DNA of 64,000 bases from Torpedo marmorata (taxonomy: Eukaryota): contig OZ360221.1 in assembly GCA_977017645.1 (NCBI GenBank), positions 40,424,001 to 40,488,000 of the forward strand, in the 5' to 3' direction. The translations under genes and the position numbers were made by a program. The notes beneath the pieces were generated by a model that was not told the DNA's origin, did not search any database, and saw only the letters and a list, made by a program, of their open reading frames with translations. This document shows, one piece after another, positions 22,370 through 35,772 of the stretch; the first letter of the stretch is position 1; every line of letters starts with the position of its first letter.

Positions 22370-25300
22370 AGAATTTCCTTGCTGTTAACTTCAATCCCTC
22401 TAGCAATGAAGGACATCATTTCATTTGCCTTCTTGATATCTGTTGCACCTGCAAACTAACCTTTTGTGATTCATGTACACGCACTCCCAAGTCCCTCTGC
22501 ACAAAAGCATGCTCTTCACCATTTAAATAATAACCTGATCTACTATTTTCTTTCTTCCAAAGTGGATAACCTCACATTCACCAACATTGTTCTCCATCTA
22601 CAGACCCTTGCCCACTCACTTAACCTATCCATATCTCTCTGCAGACTCTTCATGTCCTCTGCACAATTTGCTTTTCCACTCAATTTAGTATCATCAGCAA
22701 ACTTAGATACGCTACCCAATCATTAAAGTATATCGAAAAACTGTTGTGGCCCTGTGCCTCTGATGGTAATATTTAAATCTTATCTGGTTAGGTGCGGTAC
22801 CAGATGACTGGAAAATGGCAAATGTAGTGTATTCATTCAAGAATGGCAGCAGGGAGAGGCCAGGTAATTTTCGGCCAGTTATCCCAACATCAATGATTGG
22901 TGAAATTATTGAAGAATATTCTGTGGGACAGGATTAACTCCACTTGGAAAAGCAGGGATTGATCAGGGATAGTGAGCAGGCATTTGTTGGTGGGAGCTAC
23001 GGATGGATTAATCTGATTAAATTTAGTGTCAATAAGATTTACTAATAATAAGATATCAATAAGATTGAAAGAGTGCAGAGAAGATTTACAAGGATATTGC
23101 CGGGACTCAAGGAACTGAGTTACAGGGAAAGGTTAAACAAGTTACGACTTTATTCCCTGGAGCATAGGAGCATGGGAGATTTGATAGAGGTGTACATAAG
23201 TATGAGCGGTAGAGTAAATGCAGTCAGGCTTTTTCCACTAAGGTTAGGTGAGACAAAAACTGGAGGAGCAGGGCTAAGAGTGAAATGGAAAATGTTTAAA
23301 GGGAACATTAGGGGGATCTTCTTCACGCAGAGTGATGAGTGTGTGGTATGAGCTGTCAGCTGAAGTGGTGAATGCGGGCTAAATTTTGATATTTAAGAAA
23401 AATTTGGATAGGTGCATGGATGGGATAGGTATGGACAGCTATGGTCTGGGTACAGATCATTGGGACTAGGCAGAATAATAGTTTGGCAGATGAGATGGGC
23501 TGTAGGGCCTGTTTTTTTGGTGTTCTATGGTTCTGTGGTAACTAAATGAGGTCAGTGCATTGACATGGTTTATGGGGACCTCCGTAAGGCTGACAAGGTC
23601 CCACATGGAAGACTGGCCAAAAAAGTTAGTATTCAAGGAAAGTTGGCAAATTGGATCCAAAGCTGACTTGGTAAAGTGTTCGTGGATAATATTGGAGGGT
23701 TGTTTTTATGAACGGATGCCTGTAAGCAGCAGGGATTGCTAGTTGGAACCCTTGCTGCTTGTTTTTATACATCAATGACTTAGATGTGAATGCAGGAAGT
23801 ATTAAGTCATAGAGTCACAGAGACATGCAGCATAGAATAGGCTCTTTGGCCCAACGAGTCCATGCCAACCACTATGGTATTCTGGGCTAATCACATTTAC
23901 CTGCACTTGGTCTGCATCCACCAAATCCCTCTTATCCATTATTCTGTCCAAATGTTTTTTGAATGTTGTTATTGTGCCCGCTTCTACAGTTTTCTCTGGC
24001 AATTCATTTTGGATTCGGACCACTTTTTGAGTGAAAAAATTTGCCTCTCAAGTCCTTACTGAATCTCTCGCCTCTCACCTTAAACCCTTGCCCTCTAGTT
24101 ACAGAATCATCTACCCTGGGAAATAGACTGTGGGCATGCACTTTATCCATGCCCCTCATGATTGTAAACCTTTATAAGATCACCCCTCAGCCTCCTTCGC
24201 TCTTGGGAATAAAGACCAGTCTATCTAACCTCTCCCTTTCACTCAACTCCTCCAGTCCCGCAACATCCTGGTGAATCTCATCTACAGCCCATCCAATTAA
24301 TCAATGCCCTTCCTATTGCTCAAGATTCAAGGATCCTTTTATTGTCACGTAATAATTCAAATATGTAATATTCATGATATACTTCACCTTTGCCTGCTGT
24401 AAGGCTAAGAATCGCCATGAGCATTGCTCAGCACCCCTAATAATAAGAGAAAGAGAAGCAAAAGAGAGTCTCTTCAGAGACATTGAGTGTCTGTGGATTC
24501 ACCTCCAGTGCTCCCGCAGCCTCTGCAGCCGCACAGACTCCTGTTCAAATCGTTGGCAACCTGAGTTCCAGGTCCAAACCTCCGATACGATCAGGAAGCT
24601 TTCAGTGCTTGAGGTCCTCTTGCCTTTAGCACTCTCGAATCCCGGTTCCAATTCCTGGTTTCCATGTGCCTCTCTGTGTGGGTCCTTCGACCGCAAGTCG
24701 CCAGCAGCTCGCAGCCTGTGTAAGTTCTTCGACCGCAATTCGCCAGCACCATTTAGCCTGTGTGGGTCCTTCAGCCGCTGAGCCCCTCGCTGGTCCACTG
24801 CCATGGTCACCATCCTGTAGGGTCATCTCCCAGGCTTCTCCTTCTCAAGGTTGGGGTGTTCTCCCTGTAGCTGTTGCCCTGCGTTGGTCCACTGCCCTCC
24901 CAGTGTCTGCAACCCCTTATGGTATGCTGCCCAGCACAGGCACTGCCATCTTGGTCACAGACCTCCGTGGTTGCAGGATTAAAAAAAAAACACAGTCAGA
25001 TCCTCTAACACATTGTTTAAAGCCTGTACGGAGCCATCGGCATCACAGCCAGGCAGTAGGACCCTGCAGAGCAGTGCTGTGTCTCTGCTCCCTGCTCTCC
25101 TGTGTCTGCACCAGTGGCAGGGCTTCCGTTACAGCAGCTCCAGCAGCACTGCCATTTTGAGCTGGGCAACCAGAACTGCACAGAGTACTCTGTTATCTCA
25201 CCAACGCCTTGTACAGTTGAATCATGAGTTCCCAACCTTTGTACTCTACACCCAATGGCTGGCATGCCAAATGCCTTCTACACCACCCTTTCCACATGAG

Positions 25301-26690
25301 TTTCAACTTTCAAGGAACTGTGGCCTGTACCCCTTGGTAACACTCTCCAGGGCTCTGTCATTCACCGTGTTAAGTCCTGCCCTAGTTTGACTTACCAACA
25401 CCTCACACTTATCAGTTAAATTCCATTTGCCACTCCTTGGCCCACCTACCCAACTGATCTAGATCCTATTGTAAACTTAGATATCCTTGCAACCTTCCTC
25501 ACTGTCCACTACACCACCAATTATGGTGTCATCCGCAAATTTAATGATCAAGTTAACGACGTGATTAGTATGATTAGTAACTTTGCAGAAAATTTGAAAA
25601 TCAGTGACTTTGTTGAAAGTAAGGAGAGAAGTCTTTGGTCGACAAGTGCAGAAATGACCAGCAACACAGTGAGGTAGGGTGGTGAAGAAGGCATTCAGAT
25701 GCTTGCCTTGCTTAATTGGGAGTACATTAATCATATTCATCGATCATGGAGTATAAACGCAGGGAGGTCTTGGTGCAATAGTATAAAATACTGGTTAAGC
25801 TGCAGGTAGAATATTGTATGCAGTTCTGGCCGCCAGATTATAGGAAGGATGTGCTTGCAATGGAAATGGTGCGGAAGAGATTGGTCAGGATGTTACCAGA
25901 GTGGAAACGCTTCAAGAGGAGGGACTGCATAGATTTGGTTTGATTTCATTATAGAGGAGGAGATTGGGAGGGGTTCTGACAGAGCTGTGCAAAATTATGA
26001 GAGGCTTAGGTACAGAAGATAGTAGAAACTTTTTCTCATGGCAGAGTTGTCTAAGATTAGAGGACAGAGGTTTGAGGTGAGGGGTAAGAGTTTTATAGGA
26101 GATTAGATAAATAATTATTTCACCAAGTGGATGGCTGGAATCTGGGGATTCCAACTGTCCAATGGGATGATGGAGGTAGACAATCTCACAGCATTTAAAA
26201 AGATAGTTAAAGTATTTTTTTAAAAATTGAAAAGATTATAAGGGGCTTCGATATGGTGGACAGCCAGCACCTTTTCCCGTGTGCTGCAAATACCAGAGGA
26301 CATCTGTTTATGGTAAGTGAAGGAAAGTTTAGGGGAGACGTCGGAGGTAAGTTTTTTAAACAGAGTGGTGGGTGCCTGGAATGCATTGCCAGGGGTGGTG
26401 GTGGAGGCTGGTACAATAGGGACATTTAAAAAACTCTTAGACGGGCACATGGATGTGAAAAAATAGAGGGGTATGGGTGTGAGGTGGGGAAAAATTTAAT
26501 TGTTGTGGAGTAGGTTTACATAGGTCAGCCACATCATTGTGGGCTGAAGGGCCTGTACTGTGTCGCTGTGTTCTATGTTGTATATGCGAATGCACAGGAG
26601 GCAATGGATCATGTGTCAGTAAATGGGATTAGTATTAATGTGAACATATTGGTCAGCATCGATGTGGTGGGCTAAAGTATGTCTGTGCTG
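22370..26690. mobile_element. Cluster of degraded CR1 fragments on both strands
   Basis: QRRFTRILPGLKELSYRERLNKL (23073+), IIKFADDTIIGGVVDSEEG (minus, ~25500) and several CR1 3' UTRs. Confidence 0.75.
24321..25160 (-). mobile_element. ~840-bp non-autonomous retroposon inserted in CR1
   Basis: Minus strand starts CAAAATGGC, contains 42-bp internal repeats, ends AATAAAAGGATCCTTGAATCTTG; the CR1 continues on both sides. Confidence 0.6.
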
Positions 26691-27064
26691 CATAACTATG
26701 ACCCTGAGGCTAAGGAATACGATAAACCCATCTTCATGCTTACATGTTTGCTATGATCCTCTCTCCAAGTCTCACTAAATATTATAAGGAGCTTTTCAAT
26801 AGTGAGTAGATGACAATCTGAGCTGGACAGACATTATGGAGAGCATAATGTTCAGAGAGTGGTGTCTTGCAGAAACATTTGGTCATTATTCAAGAAACCA
26901 AGTTTGCGGGCACCTCCTCCAGTGGTGGTACATTGGAAAGACCTACCAGCCATTATGTACAAGTGGAACCAAATCTATCCCTTCACTGCAATGACGCTCA
27001 GAATAACATTGCTAAGAGTAGTCAAACTAACCAACACCTAATTCAGTTAGCCTTTTTGTAAGTA

Positions 27065-28087
27065 CCGTATTTGACAGCATATAAGCCACCCCTTTTATCC
27101 CCAAAAAATTGCCTCAAAAACTACCCCGGGTCTTATACGCGAAGGTGACATTTTGGTGACGCCATTTTGGGCACCGAGTGGAGTCCAGGAAGCGGGCCCG
27201 CAGCTTCGCGGACCACCTTCCCTTGGGTGGCCCGTGCTTTCCGGAGTCGCCGCTGCCGCCGCTCACTTCCCCCGGTAAGAAGGCTCACTTTCTCCCTCCT
27301 TCCCGCCTGCCCGCCCGCTCTCTCCCTCCTGTTCACTCTCCCCGCCCGCCCGCTCGCTCACTCTTGCCCGCTCTCTCCCCGCCCGTTCGCTTTCCCTGCC
27401 TGTTTGCTCTCCCCGCCTGCCCGCTCGCTCCCCCCGCCCGTTCACTTTCCCCGCTCGCCCGCTCGCTCCCCCACCCGCTCGATCACCCCGCCGCCCGCTC
27501 GCTCCCCGCCTGCCCACTCGCTCCCCACCCGTTCGCTCTCACCAACAGTGCTTTGAGGGGAGTGCTGGGCCATGATGATCAGCCTTTGTTCGACGAGCAC
27601 GGACCCTCGAGCAAATTGAATGAGGCGCGGGGGCGGATGGCAGTGAGCGAGCGGCCTGTCAAGCTCGGCTCAACAGGCCGCTCGCTCACTGCCACCCGCC
27701 CCCGCACCTCATTCAATCTGTACGGGGGGCTGTGCGAGTCGAACAAAGGCTCAGCGTAGAGCCTGATCACCGAGGCCCAGCGCTCCCCTCAAAGCAAGTG
27801 ATCGATTGTCTGCTCCCCGCGACGGTGGGCCTGGGCCCTGCCCGGTGTCCTGGCTTCTCTCCCTCCCACCCTCGCGCGCCCGCAGGTCCCGGCACTCCTG
27901 TCAATCAATTCGCGTTTGGACGGTGGGGGGGAAGCAGCCTGAGCCTCGGCGTGCGGCGGGCAGGAGGACGTGTTGCTGCTGTGAAGGTAAATACACGAAA
28001 ACAAATTTTTCCTGAAATCTCACGCTAAAAATGGGGGGGGGGGGAGGGTCCTATATGCCAGTGGGTCCTATGTGCCATCAAATATGG
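27065..28087. mobile_element. Tc2-like MITE, GC/CpG-rich, with an internal ~250-bp inverted repeat
   Basis: TIRs CCGTATTTGACAGCATATAAG / CCTATGTGCCATCAAATATGG; TA TSD at 27063-64 and 28088-89. Confidence 0.82.
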
Positions 28088-30299
28088 TAATTGCATCTTT
28101 CACCACGTCAGAATGTACTAAATGCTTCCCAGCTCATTCAGAAGTTTTGAAGCACAGTAACATTTGTAATGTCGGAATTGTAGTACTCAATTTCCACACA
28201 GCAAGGACCTATAAAGAGCAAAGATGTAAGCCAAGGAATAAATGTTGATCAGGATATTAGAGAGGGCTCTGCTGCTTTTCATCAAAATAAACTGAGTGCC
28301 TGAGGTGGCAGGCTCAACCTTAGTTCAAGTTCCTGCCAGAAAGATGGCATCACTTGCTCAGTACCATACTCTGGAGAATTTGACTCAAGACTCCAGAGTG
28401 CCCTTAATGCTCAACATTCAGCTGATGGAGTGTAAAGCTGTCACTGAGTCACGGTTGCTATCAATTTAGTAATTGATCAATTGATTTTCAATCCCCTGTG
28501 AAAACAAACCGTTCATTGGGTTTTCTCGGGTCGAGGGGTTTAGTGGGGCGACTGAAGGAAAAAGATTGCAAGACTCACAATGCAGTGGTCCATGAAGGTG
28601 GCTCACCACCTCGAACTCAAGACTAATTAGGGATGAGAGATTGATGCTGGCTTTGCCAGTGACACCCACTTTCCATAAATGAATGTTATAAAAAAAACTT
28701 TTCAATGCAAAAATTATATTTCACAAATATGCAAGCTCAAATTTTGACTTTTCATTGTGTCTAAAGGAGCTGCCTACTCTGTTGAAAACCCCAAGGCTCA
28801 AACTAAGATGCAAACTCTTCAAACTCTTCCTAACTTTCTCTCTCCTGTTGCATTTTAAACCAACCCTACCCCCTCCACAAAAATCTTTAGCCTATCACTC
28901 CGGGATTCTGATTGAGGTCAACTTCAGTCAGATCTCTTTTTCTGTCTTGTATTTAATTGATCTGTAAGATTCCCTCCTATTTCTGTACTTATGCCTGACA
29001 GTATCAAATTATTTGTCAGACCCATGCCACTGGAGTGTCAGGCAGAGCAGGAAACCAGCAGGGATTCAAATCATATTGTTTATACCAGTCTGGTTCCAAT
29101 CCATTTGATTCACAGTTCTAAACCCAACCCAGGAAGTGAATGTGCCATTACACTGGAGTAAATTAACTTTCACTGTTCACACAGCCCCCTTTGATTTGAA
29201 ACAGGTGAAGTGCAGAACCAGTCTATATTTACAACAGTAGAGTAAACGTGCTTCAGTGCGGTGATGTGAGTGGTGGACTTCCAGACAACAGTCAATCCCG
29301 AGCAACTCTGTGCTCAAGATGAACGGATTTTATCGAGGCCGAACACAGGTTTCATGGTTCCTAGTATGCCGGTTGAACTTTGTGGGATTGCAAATTAGTT
29401 GGATGTGCCAAGGAGCCTTTTTTAAATCATTTTGCAGCAAGGACAGCATTTATTGCCCATCCCTAAATGTCCTTGAGAAGGTGATGGTGAACCGTCACAG
29501 TCTTGGTGAAAGAATTCCCATAGTTAATGGGAAATGACAGCAGGTGGAAATTTTAATTCAAGTATGCTGCCAGAATCTCCTTCTCGACTTCTTTACCCCT
29601 TGATAATCCAAAGTCGAGTGACAACAGTGGATCTTGCTCATTATTGCAGAATTGATATCCATACAGATATGTGTAAATTTTTAGTCTGTTTTTTTGTCCA
29701 TGTGAGCTGCCAGTTCATTTTCTATTTCATGGCACTTGAGGTATAATGAGAATATAACCATAGTATGATTCCATGATCTTAGTCTCTGGATCTATACACT
29801 TTTATCTGAGGCAACAGTGACTGCTGTAAGTGAGGCATCATTAGACAGCCACAAACAAGGGGAAGCAGGCAATACTGCAGCATGTCAACTTCAATCATAT
29901 CAGTCAGTTTGATGTTAGTTGTAAGAAAAAGGATGGAAGGCATTAGTGAGCCATGTGATACCTTATCACCTGGAGAGACTGGCAGTTATTAGAGAATCCC
30001 AGCATGGGGAAGAAAGCTTCTCTCTCACTCACGTGGTGGAGTTCTTTGAGGAAAACTCCATTAGCAAATAATGGCAGGCTGGTTGGTGTCGTAAACCCTG
30101 ACCGCAGAAAGTCTTCTCAAGATAGGCCACGCGAAAGACTACTGGGGAAGATCTCTGGGATTAGCCATTAGTTGTTGGATAGGAAATTATTTGTGCCTGA
30201 CAAACAGAAAGCGATCATCAATGGAAGTAGATCGGGAACTGGCTGTGAACCTGCAGTTCAATCACGGTGTCTGCAGACATTCGTGTTTTACTCCAAAAC

Positions 30300-30652
30300 T
30301 GCAAAACTGCGAAATCTCTTCGAGGGATGCCTACCCTGAAGAACTCCTTTGCTCTCCGAAAGGAGTTCTGTGGGATTCTCTCTCACTGCTCCCTGCTGCT
30401 CCCAAGCTTTATGACCATGTACTCACCTGGACTCGCTTCCATAGCCACATTCATCCACTACCTACCCGTGGGACTGTGCTCCTCCACCTGCCCCACCCCC
30501 CACCCCCCCACTATTTTATTCGGGATCCTGCCTACAATTTGTTCATTCCTTGATGAAGGGCTCAAGCCAGAAACATTGGTTATATATTTTTATCTTTGCT
30601 ATATAAAGTACACTGTTTGACCTGCTGAATTTCTCCAGCATTGTGTTTTTAC
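30300..30652 (+). mobile_element. Internally deleted Penelope remnant
   Basis: Tail CCTTGATGAAGGGCTCAAGCCAGAAACATTGG...CTCCAGCATTGTGTTTTTAC. Confidence 0.75.
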
Positions 30653-31173
30653 GTGAACCTGCAATTATTTGTTTTCCACAATCAATGGTTTGACTGACCC
30701 ACTGAAGATAGATCCATTGTTGCTCGGATGACAGAGAAGCATACACAAGAGTAAAATCTTGAGTTCGGATGAAATAACTGGGGTGTAGGTTAATTAATTA
30801 AGGATAAGGACGACTTGAAGCTGGAATCCAGTGCCTTCTCCTTAACAGCCAGTGGCAGCTTAGTGGTGGATGCTTCTCCATATTGACACCCTGCATTCCC
30901 TAAAGAATAGGACTCCCAAAGAGGAATTCTGCTCTTGTCATGGGAGGTGGAGAAGTCAGCGACGTCATCTGCAAAAGTATCTTTTATTTGTTAAGGGTGT
31001 GGACATCACTGGCAAGGCCAATATTTCTGTTCATCCCCAACAGTGTGGCTTGCAAGACCATGGTAAAATGGGCCTGGAGTCACCAATCAGCTTGGGCACA
31101 AGTGAATCAATAGTTTCATGCTCCAGTATTTGTTACCAATACCACTTGTTATTTTAAAAATCAGTTCATATTA

Positions 31174-31774
31174 CACTGGATAACGAAGATTTTGCTTCCT
31201 GAACACTTTGGGGTGTATTTTATGGATTTTGGGCTGCTGATCACGAAAACCATCTTAAAAGTTTCCTACCATGTACTGTTTTTTTAGGTATAACTTATTT
31301 TTGTGATTGCCTGTCATATTTTAAGTCTACTTGAAGCATACAAAACCATGAAGTGCAACATGTCATTGAAAATTCATTTTCTGCATTCGCACTTGGACTT
31401 CCCTGCTGATCCTGTTGCAGTCAGTGACGAACATGGTGAAAGGTTTCACCAGGACATTGCGGCCATGGAAAAGTGATATCAGGACAACTGGAATCCATCA
31501 ATGCTGGCCGACTATTGTTGGACACTGACACGAGAGGCATCAGATGCTGAGTACGAATGAAAATCAGTGGCAAAACATTTTTAGGTCAGTTGAACTAACA
31601 CAATGTGTCAGCATCATTATGCGATTAAACATGCTACATTCAATAAAAGTTAATTGAATGTTTCTCCATCTTCCTACGCGACACAACAAATCTGAAATTA
31701 TCTTTGTATTCAGTTTGAGGTTGTCTATCATAATCTTTCAGGAAGCAAACCTTTTGAAAAAATGTGTTGTCAGT
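31174..31774 (+). mobile_element. Chapaev3-like non-autonomous DNA transposon, copy 1 (right end damaged)
   Basis: TTA|CACTGGATAAC left end; transposase 3' remnant with stops; collinear with 41141 and 44504. Confidence 0.75.
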
Positions 31775-32399
31775 CGTGATGGTGGGTCTCAACCTGAAAT
31801 GGCCACCATCCCTTCACTTCCTGTGTGACCTGCTGAATTCTTCCAGCAGTTTATTTTTTTGCACCATGTGCCACTACTCATACCCACTGTGCCCATGAAA
31901 CTGCTGTACTTGTCCTTCTTGGTGGTAGAGTTTACAGGTTTGGGAGTTGTTGTTGGAGTAGCCGAGGTGAGTAACAGATTTGAAGATGGTACACACTACA
32001 GCCTCAGTGTGATTACGGTGGAGGGTGTGAATGTTAAGTAGTTGGAGGTGTTGTGGGTAGTGTAGAAGGTTGACGTACAGTAGGTTACAATAGGATATAG
32101 ACAGGATGCAGAGTTGGGCAGAGAAGTGGCAGATGGAGTACAATCTGGATAAATATGAAATGATGCATTTTGGAGGGTTGAACTTGAAGGTGAAATACAT
32201 GGTTAATGGCAGGATCTAATAAGAGATTACTTAAGGTGGTATGTGAGTGGAAATAAAAGGTTGCGAACCACTGCTTAAACAGATATTCTCTTTTCCAGTT
32301 TCATTCAGTAAGCCATCATCAGAAAATAAATCACACAGTGGGATGAACACATCATTGGAATTGAACAGAGTAATTTGAACATTGGTGTTCTTCTGGAAA

Positions 32400-33690
32400 T
32401 AAAACAAAATCCTACACCCAGGTCCCTTTTAAATCTTTCCCCCCCTCCACCCTCACCGTAAACCTAAGCCCTCAGGTTTTCAAACCCCCTACCCCCAACC
32501 CTGGGGAAAAAAGAGACTGACGACTTACCTTATCTATCTCCCATGATTTTTAAAAATCTCCATAAGGTCTTCCCTGAGCCCACTACTCTCCAGGATGAAA
32601 GGTCCTAGCCTATCGAGTCACTCTTTATAATTCAAGCCTGTCAGTTCTGGTAAAATTCTTGTGAAACTTCTCTGCACCCTTTTCAGCTTAAATTACATCT
32701 TTCCCATAGCTGGGTGACCAAAACAGCACACAATTCTCCAGAGGCAGCCCTAAGGTTGAGGCATTCTCAATCATGGCCAGCCACAAAACCTGAGGGGATG
32801 ATCCATTTCAATTTGCCCACCTCTATCGGATATCAATATACAATGTGGATACGGCAGAAAACCAGACATGTGGTCTCAACATGGTTTAGCACAGTTGTAA
32901 CATGAGATCCTGGGGGCAGGTGAGGCCTGGGCCTGATGTCCCGCTTACCCAGGGAAAGTGCATGCGTAATACATTGCCTCTCCTTTCTCGGGGTAGTGAT
33001 CGCCGCGTGGCCACTGTCTGGCTTGCCAGGCAGGAGGTCACTGCAAATGGCCTCTCCTACATTACTGCGTCCGTAGCAACACCTTCTTGTCGGTGTCTCC
33101 CGTTTTCACTGAGTTTGCTACGTCATGTCCCGACCGAGTGTCCGGCGGTATAACTGGATGGGTAGGCTGGGCTCGATGGCCTTGGTTGGCAGCCAGCCTA
33201 AGAGAAGGAAAACTCTGATTTCAAACCCGGGCAGATGGGGCTCGTTAGCCTCGTCAGGCCATCCATCTAGGAGAAGGACACTCCGACGTAACACCTACGA
33301 CCCGAGGACCTGGCTGTCACTGTCCCAGCCAGCTAGGCCGTGGCAGATAAACCCCGGGTGTAAAGGGTGGGGCCAAGTACTGCACACACTGCACTCCACC
33401 TAAAAAATCCATTGTGCAGGCTCGAAGGACGTGCCCACGTCTACGATCCTTCCTAAATCTTCGTTCGCGAAGCCAAGCCATGAACATGGGATCCTAGCAC
33501 CTGTAATCAATGCTCTGACCGATGAAGACAAATGTACCAAACATATTTTTCACTACTCTGTGAAAAGTGTCACCACTTTCAGGGAACTATGCAAATATAC
33601 TCCTGGTCTACAACACTCCCGTGGACCTTATCGTTTACTGTGTAAGTCCTGCTCCATTTTGACTTACCAAAATGGGTTACCTCACATGTC
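32400..33690 (-). mobile_element. Degraded CR1 fragment hosting a 571-bp insertion
   Basis: Antisense CR1 motifs (CTCTGCACCCTTTTC, CCAAAACAGCACACAAT, CACTTTCAGGGAACTATG). Confidence 0.7.
32912..33482 (+). mobile_element. 571-bp non-autonomous non-LTR retroposon (RTE/Vingi-like)
   Basis: 13-bp TSD AACATG(A/G)GATCCT at 32899-32911 and 33483-33495; AAGCC-repeat tail; GGCAGCCAGCCTAAGAGAAGGAAAACTCTGATTTCAAACC motif recalled from RTE/Vingi 5' regions. Confidence 0.65.
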
Positions 33691-35772
33691 TAAGTTTTCC
33701 CAATACTCTGGCCAAGGTTTATTATACATCCAATATCATTATACGACACTATCTGATCATATGTCTCAATATTGTTTGTAAGAGCTTGCTATGTATAAAT
33801 AGGCTGCTGTTTTTATTTCTCACTCTTAAAAGGAGGCCATTTGCTCTATCACGTCTGCACCAGCACAGAAAGCAATGCCATCAGCCCCATTTGTGGGGGG
33901 GAGGGGGGGGGGGTAAGTATGTGGAATGAGCTGCAAGGGGAAGTGATAAATCTGGATACAATTGCAACATTTAAAGGGCATTTAGACAGGTACATGGATC
34001 ATAAAGGTTCAGAGGGATATGGGCGAAATGTAAGCAAATGGGACTAGGTTAGGTCGTCAATTTGGTCAGCATGGCAAGTTGGGTTGAAGTGCCTGTTTCT
34101 GTTCTGTAAAACTCCATGACTTCATAACTTACTAATCCTACCCCTTTGATGCGCTGGTAGAGACTTGATGGGGTGAATGTGTGCCTTCTATGTGGTATGT
34201 ACATGAGAATAAAAGAAATGCGACAGCATGTTTATAAATAGCAAGCTCTTACAAATAACATATAATCAGATAATCTATCATGGTGATGTTGGTTGTTAAT
34301 GTATACCAATCAGAAATGAATCCTTCCACCGCCGTCCTTTGCCTCCCATCACCAAACCAATCTTGGATCCAATTGGCTAGCTCACCTTGGATCTCATGTG
34401 CCTGAGCCTTGACCAGCCTACCAAGTGGGACCTTGTCAAATGCCTTATGACATCATTCATTTATTAATAATCTTACATAGAATATTACTGCACAGAAAAC
34501 AGCTTTGGCCCTTCTAGTCTGTGCCGAACAATTATTCTGCTGAGTCCCACTGACCTGCACCCAGTCCATATCCCTCCATACCTCTCCCATCCATGTATCT
34601 GTCCACATTTTTATTAAATGTTAAAATTGAGCCCGCATTCACCACTTCAGCTGGCAGCTCGTTCCATACTCCCACCACTCTCTGTGTGAAGAGGTTTCCC
34701 CTTTCACCCTTAACCCATGTCCTCTGGTTTGTATCTCACCTAACCTTAGTGGAAAAATCCTACATGCATTTATACCCCTCATAATTTTAAATACCTCTAT
34801 CAAATCTCCCCTCATTCTTCTATGGTCCAGGGAATAAAGTCCGAACCTGTTTAACCTTTCCCTGTAACTCAGTTCCTGAAGTCCGGGCAATATCCTAGTA
34901 CATCTTCTCAGCACTCTTTCAATCGTATTGATATCTTTCCTGTAGTTAGGTGACCAAAACTGCACACAATACTCCAAATTTGGCCTCACCTATATCTTAT
35001 ACAACTTTACCATAACATCCCAACTCCTATACTCATGATGCACCATCAATAACTCTGAAAGACTAGAAGTTAGGCAAGAACTGATAGGCTTTTATTCACA
35101 TTGGAATGGATGTACACTCCTGGTGGTCGTCTGTACTGGACTGGGGAGGGAGCTGTGGCACAATAGCCTTTATTCAGGGGTCTGTGGGAGGAGCTACAGG
35201 TTCAGCCAGTAAGGGGCGTGTCCAGACAACCATAAACATAGATACAGGTATTTACAGTGGTTTACCACATTCACCCCTCCTTTTAAAAAAGAGTCCTGCG
35301 GGGTGAAGTGAATTAAAGTTCTTACAGATTCAGTCTTTCAGGTGGTCTGGTCTGCCGCTGCGACCGTCGTAGTACCGGCTGCAGCACAGCTGTTGCATCC
35401 AGTCCTGATTGGACCACCTGTGTGTTGTCGGCTCTGTCTTGGTGGATGCGTGGCGGCGAAGTATCTGGCAAGCCTTCCCCCGGAGCTGGGGTCACTTACC
35501 ATGGTAACGGTGCATCATGGGTGGCGGTAGGTGGGGAGGGGGCAGGGCAGTCTTCAGTGGTGTCAGGGACTCCTGAGGGCGCCAGGTCCCGAACGGAGAC
35601 CGTGTCCTCCCGCCCATCAGGGTACGTCACGTAGGTGTACTGGGGGTTGGCGTGGAGGAGATGGACCCTTTCGACCAGTGGGTCCTGCTTATGGCTCCTT
35701 GCGTGCCTCCGGAGTAGGACTGGCCCTGGGGACGTCAGCCAGGATGGTAACGTGGTCCCTGAAGCGGACTTC

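Noticed and set aside
26859-27061. Host exon ending at GTAAGT
   Set aside because: No recognisable peptide in any frame and no clear acceptor; insufficient support for a feature
27641-27694. CAGTGAGCGAGCG / CGCTCGCTCACTG resembling the AAV ITR Rep-binding element
   Set aside because: Only 13 nt in GCTC-rich sequence, no T-shaped ITR and no parvoviral rep/cap remnants nearby
32912-33060. Canonical HDV-like ribozyme call
   Set aside because: P4-like and P2-like helices are present, but P3/L3/P1/P1.1 could not be placed in the required order; kept only as a speculative finding
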